From a bacterium (GTDB lineage: Bacteria; Fidelibacterota; Fidelibacteria; Fidelibacterales; Fidelibacteraceae), in assembly GCA_963676395.1 (NCBI GenBank), contig OY781066.1, positions 896,001 to 960,000 of the forward strand: a DNA stretch of 64,000 nucleotides, written 5' to 3'. A model generated the notes under the pieces. The model was given only the letters and a program-made list of their open reading frames with translations, did no database searches and was not told the DNA's origin. The stretch's first letter is position 1. Every line of letters begins with the position of its first letter. Both the position numbers and the translations under genes were made by a program. Below are positions 59,771 through 64,000 of the stretch, in pieces.

Positions 59771-61303
59771 TTATTTTATAAGCAGGTAGGCCAATCCACC
59801 CAAAATACCGCCTGCTAAAGTATTACTTAAATTTACCAAATCATTATTGACCTTTTTATAACCACAAACCAATGGAATGTTTTCATTCCCACAATGAGAT
59901 GTTTTTTCTGTGATCTTCTTGCAAGTCGGACACTGATATTGCGCCTGAATGGTTGCTCCTAATAAAGAATCAACCAAAGCACCAATAAGACCAACCAGCG
60001 AAATCAGTGCAACGGCCAGCCAAGACATTTCAATATCGGCAAAATACTGTAATGAATACTTTCCTGCAATAGCAATCAAGAAAGACCCAAGCAAAGCACC
60101 GCTGGTGCCTATAATAGTCAAACCACCGGAAGTTCCCTGTGGCACCTTTTTAAAAGTTAAAATCGAAACCGGATCATGAGAAGAAAAGGCGCCGATCTCC
60201 GTTCCCCATGTATCGGCTGTAGCCGCGGCTATCGCACCTAGAAATATCATATACCAAAACAGCTCCAAGTTGGGCCATGTTGTGGCCAAAAAATGCCAAC
60301 ACATGGTTGCGATCATAGCAACACCACCATTGGCAAAAACCTGAAAAATATCTCGTTTACCGGTCTTTTCAAAAACCGTTACCAATTTTTGTTTATGCTT
60401 TTTCCCTAACTTTGTTAAGAAAGTTGAAAACAGAAAAAATGCCGCAACAGGAATCATCCACTCTGTTCCACCCAATCCAAAAACAACTGTCCCCAATAAC
60501 CATGCTCCCATTGCCCCCGACAAACTCAAAGCACTTATAAAGTAGGCAAGAAATGCAATAACAACAGTGATGGACATCCATATTATTAAATGAGTCTGCA
60601 GTTCGGGAGATCCATTATATAAGGCATCTAAAATCACGCCGGCACCCAAAGGAACCATAAGATTATCGGTCCCTTTATGTGAGATTGTTTCAGCCCCGGC
60701 AGAAAACAAAGCAACAAAAAATCCAAATGCAATGGCCCTTGTCCAGGTGATAGGATCGTCAAACAACGTTCTGAAAACTTTCATACTAATAACGGCAACA
60801 ATAAAAGAAACAATAAACATTGCCAGTGATCCTTGCAAAGATTTTTTTTCTGTCAAAACTTTAAAAATCAATGGTTTTTTTCGAGATTCACCCACCCACG
60901 AAGCAACCGGATCACCTAAGGCCATAATCAGCATAGCCGTTTGAAGAATAGCCAAATCTTTATGCCAGAACCAACACACCAAAATAAAGAAAGAGATGGG
61001 GAAATAGACGGTACCATATGATACCCTATCTGTTTCATGGATACTTTTGATTAAATCATATTTCAATGCTGCAAAATTCATGACAGTAAATAGAAATGCA
61101 ACCAACAATACCGGTTTTTCACTCGTAAAAATAAAGGGAGTCACGCAAACTAAAATACCAACAAACATATGTACTAAACGACGAGTTGTATGAGGATGAA
61201 CATTTAGTTTTTTCAGGAGAGCATCAGCTACGCCCAGAACACCAATAATCCCAACTGTAAAAACAAAAAAAAGCCCCCAGTCTGTGCTAAAAAGAAAATT
61301 CAT
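59771..61303 (-). CDS. Fusion of phytol/dolichol-kinase (CTP_transf_1) domain with DUF92/TMEM19 domain
   Basis: RRLVH, GD..AS..G, KKS..GS, DNL.VP; then R...QV.ANG, ADTWGTEIG, GTSGG.T..G, DS.LGAT.Q, NND.VN. Confidence 0.88.
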   Translation of the reverse strand: MNFLFSTDWGLFFVFTVGIIGVLGVADALLKKLNVHPHTTRRLVHMFVGILVCVTPFIFTSEKPVLLVAFLFTVMNFAALKYDLIKSIHETDRVSYGTVYFPISFFILVCWFWHKDLAILQTAMLIMALGDPVASWVGESRKKPLIFKVLTEKKSLQGSLAMFIVSFIVAVISMKVFRTLFDDPITWTRAIAFGFFVALFSAGAETISHKGTDNLMVPLGAGVILDALYNGSPELQTHLIIWMSITVVIAFLAYFISALSLSGAMGAWLLGTVVFGLGGTEWMIPVAAFFLFSTFLTKLGKKHKQKLVTVFEKTGKRDIFQVFANGGVAMIATMCWHFLATTWPNLELFWYMIFLGAIAAATADTWGTEIGAFSSHDPVSILTFKKVPQGTSGGLTIIGTSGALLGSFLIAIAGKYSLQYFADIEMSWLAVALISLVGLIGALVDSLLGATIQAQYQCPTCKKITEKTSHCGNENIPLVCGYKKVNNDLVNLSNTLAGGILGGLAYLLIK

Positions 61304-61524
61304 TTAATACCTCAAATTAATGCAGAATATTACAAGAAAAAGACATCACTTGCAATTGATTATTCGTGATTCACTTATCTGGAGACAATGTACAAAGACA
61401 GGCATAATAGCTGACAATAATTTTTAAGATCATATTTTATGATGATCTCCCAACTCCTTGCGAGTTAATACTTTGAATTTATTAAAATCCTCAATATTTT
61501 CCCCATAAGAAACTGGAGTTCCTC

Positions 61525-63642
61525 ATGGATATATCGATCATTATTGAAATGATTCAAAATGTTGCCGTATTGTTAGCCTTTAGCTTGTTATATGATTATA
61601 TGTGGCCTAAAGATGATGGAGCTCATACTATTTTCGGAAAGATTCTTGCCGGCTTAAGTATAGGTATTATTGGGATCATTCTCCTAAGCATACCAATCGG
61701 ACTATCATCCGAAGTGATTATCGACAGCAGAACCGTTTTATTGGCAATATCAGGCTTGTTTTTTGGTACAATCCCCACGATTATTGCCATGCTCGTGATC
61801 ATCGGCAGCCAATTACTTTTCGGTGGTGATTCATTGTGGATGGGTGCAGCGTACACATTAATTGCAGGCTTTAGTGGATTAATCTGGCGTCAGTATTTTC
61901 CAGCTAAAAAAATCAAATCCCCCTATTTTAATATATTACTCCTCGGTTTGATCGTTCATCTTTTTGAATTGGGTACCATTATATTTTTACCCAAAGAACA
62001 AATGCTTTCTACGTTTAAGAGCATTGCTTTACCCTTAATTCTTTTATACCCCGCCTTTACCGGACTACTTGGATTATTATTACTAAAACGTTGGCAAACA
62101 TGGAACACACAACAACAAAAATCAAAAGAAGAATTACAATATCGAGCTTTATTCGAAAATGCCGGTGAGGCCATTGTTGTGGCTCAAAAAGGTATGATTA
62201 CTTTTGCCAATAAACGTATGACTGACCTACTGGGCGTACCTTATGAAGAAATCAGATCAAAACCATTTACCTCATTCATCCATCCGGATGATAAAAGTTT
62301 GGTACTATCCAAACATCAAAATAGAATTAAACAAACAGACCACAATCAAAATCATTATTCTTTTAGAGTTATTACAAGCAATAACAAAACTTTATGGATA
62401 GAAATAAATTCTGTATATTTTTTATGGAATGGTGAACCGGCCTCTCTTAGTTTCCTTTCGGATGTTACCGAACAAAGACAAACGGAACGTCAACTTGTTC
62501 TTGCCAAAAATAAGGCAGAAGAAAGTGATCAACTTAAATCTATTTTTCTGGCAAACATGAGCCATGAGATCAGAACCCCTATGAATGCAATTCTTGGCTT
62601 TTCCGAACTTCTATCAATCAGTACGCTTCCGGACAACAAGAAAACTCATTATATCGAAATGATCCAAACTGCAGGAAAACAGCTATTGCATATCATTAAT
62701 GATATTGTTGATATTTCTAAACTTGAGGTCAACCAACTCAGACTCAACAAACAAGATGTTAAGCTCTACGATATTTATAGTCAAAGTATTGAAATATGTA
62801 AAAACAATCCTTTGTTAAAAGAAAAAAAGAATGTTGAGTTTAAGCTGAATCTCCCAACTACCTGTCGGGAATTAAAAGTACATGCAGATCCGTATCGCAT
62901 ACGACAGGCCTTAGATAACTTACTAAGCAATGCCGTTAAATATACAGATCAAGGCAGTATTGAATTTGGTTGTACCTTGGAAAAGAAAAAAGATACCGTG
63001 GTAATTAATACTTATATTCAGGACACCGGCATTGGTATACCAGAAAGCAAAAAAGATATTATCTTTAAGCGCTTCCGTCAGGTTGAAGAAAATCAATACC
63101 GGGAAGGTGCGGGACTTGGACTAAGTATTACTAAGGGTATTATTGATCTTATGGGTGGAACGCTCGATTTTGAAACAACAGAAGGGCTCGGATCAAAATT
63201 CTATTTCAGTCTAGAACTTGAAAAAGCGAAAGAGATTAAAACTGTGAATAAAAGCAAAACACTAAGCCTGCCGGACTTAAAAGGCATGAGCATTTATATT
63301 GCCGAAGATGATCTAACATCATTTTTTCTGATCAAAGAATATTTAAGCGAGACCAATGCAACCATCTCACATGCTTCTGATGGTGAAATCCTAATGAAAA
63401 TGTTAAGAAAACAAGTCCCTGACATGCTTCTATTGGATATTAACATGCCTAAAAAAGATGGATATACTTGTCTAAAAGAAATCAAAGAGAACAACTACAA
63501 AATGAAAATCATTGCCCAAACAGCTTACGCAATGGAAAATGAAAAAGATCGTTGTTTAAGATCCGGTTGTCAAGGTTATGTATCAAAACCGATTGACCCC
63601 GAAATTCTTCTTGAGGAAATCAGGAAGATCATTAGCAATTAA
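61525..63642 (+). CDS. Hybrid sensor histidine kinase (5TM-LytS-like, PAS, HisKA, HATPase, REC)
   Basis: D.R.V...SGLFFG, IHPDD, FLANMSHEIRTP, NA.KYT, DTGIGI, GLGL, AEDD, DINMP, TAYA, KP. Confidence 0.93.
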   Translation: MDISIIIEMIQNVAVLLAFSLLYDYMWPKDDGAHTIFGKILAGLSIGIIGIILLSIPIGLSSEVIIDSRTVLLAISGLFFGTIPTIIAMLVIIGSQLLFGGDSLWMGAAYTLIAGFSGLIWRQYFPAKKIKSPYFNILLLGLIVHLFELGTIIFLPKEQMLSTFKSIALPLILLYPAFTGLLGLLLLKRWQTWNTQQQKSKEELQYRALFENAGEAIVVAQKGMITFANKRMTDLLGVPYEEIRSKPFTSFIHPDDKSLVLSKHQNRIKQTDHNQNHYSFRVITSNNKTLWIEINSVYFLWNGEPASLSFLSDVTEQRQTERQLVLAKNKAEESDQLKSIFLANMSHEIRTPMNAILGFSELLSISTLPDNKKTHYIEMIQTAGKQLLHIINDIVDISKLEVNQLRLNKQDVKLYDIYSQSIEICKNNPLLKEKKNVEFKLNLPTTCRELKVHADPYRIRQALDNLLSNAVKYTDQGSIEFGCTLEKKKDTVVINTYIQDTGIGIPESKKDIIFKRFRQVEENQYREGAGLGLSITKGIIDLMGGTLDFETTEGLGSKFYFSLELEKAKEIKTVNKSKTLSLPDLKGMSIYIAEDDLTSFFLIKEYLSETNATISHASDGEILMKMLRKQVPDMLLLDINMPKKDGYTCLKEIKENNYKMKIIAQTAYAMENEKDRCLRSGCQGYVSKPIDPEILLEEIRKIISN

Positions 63643-63824
63643 TGAATAAGTGACTATTCGATTGGAGATGCTGCTAAGCTTATTGTCTTTGTTTTATTTT
63701 TTTCTCACTGTTATTTTTCTATTTATCATTTGTAAATACGAAGAAATATTTTTTAATAAACATTTTCACAATAACTATATAAAAGAGGTTCCAATGTGGG
63801 TTCGCTATATTGGATTTAAACACC

Positions 63825-64000
63825 ATGCTTAAAATCACGATCATATACGATAACACCGTCGTTGAGAAACACGTCAAATCAGATTGGGGGTTTGCTGCCC
63901 TAATAGAATATCAGAACCATAACATACTCTTTGATACCGGCGCTGATGGGCATATTCTCTTACACAACATGAAGCTACTGGGTATTGATCCAAAAGACAT
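63825..64000 (+). CDS. MBL-fold metallo-hydrolase (3'-partial)
   Basis: MLKITIIYDN...WGFAALIE....ILFDTG....LLHNMKLLGIDP; runs off the window. Confidence 0.85.
   Translation, partial: MLKITIIYDNTVVEKHVKSDWGFAALIEYQNHNILFDTGADGHILLHNMKLLGIDPKD

Overview
Chromosomal window from a low-to-moderate-GC bacterium. The T9SS/FlgD-type C-terminal domain, fused FTCD and Mrp-Mbx complex suggest an anaerobic FCB-group organism such as a Marinimicrobia-like lineage, but this is tentative. Core content: riboflavin operon under an FMN riboswitch; PAPS-synthesis/sulfotransferase operon; pepC; Rex-headed Mrp/Mbx-type membrane oxidoreductase operon; ECF sigma/anti-sigma/Spy-like trio; VTC-DUF4956-barrel cluster; hutH-hutU-ftcD-hutI; trpS; hybrid histidine kinase. 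Main things worth a second look: (i) two integrase-less cargo cassettes stacked behind tRNA-Lys, delimited by repeated tRNA 3' ends and sharing terminal motifs; (ii) an Mbx-like complex lacking the NiFe/MBS-type cysteines, with a NuoI-GltD flavoprotein fusion; (iii) a tandem-DUF2061/PHP fusion heading the sulfation operon; (iv) 13-bp palindromes phased at 25 bp; (v) a SRAP/PD-(D/E)XK/DUF2188-remnant/four-helix-bundle islet rich in nested REP-like palindromes; (vi) six tandem paralogous small beta-barrel genes arranged as three pairs. All family calls come from motif recognition by eye; no database searches were run.
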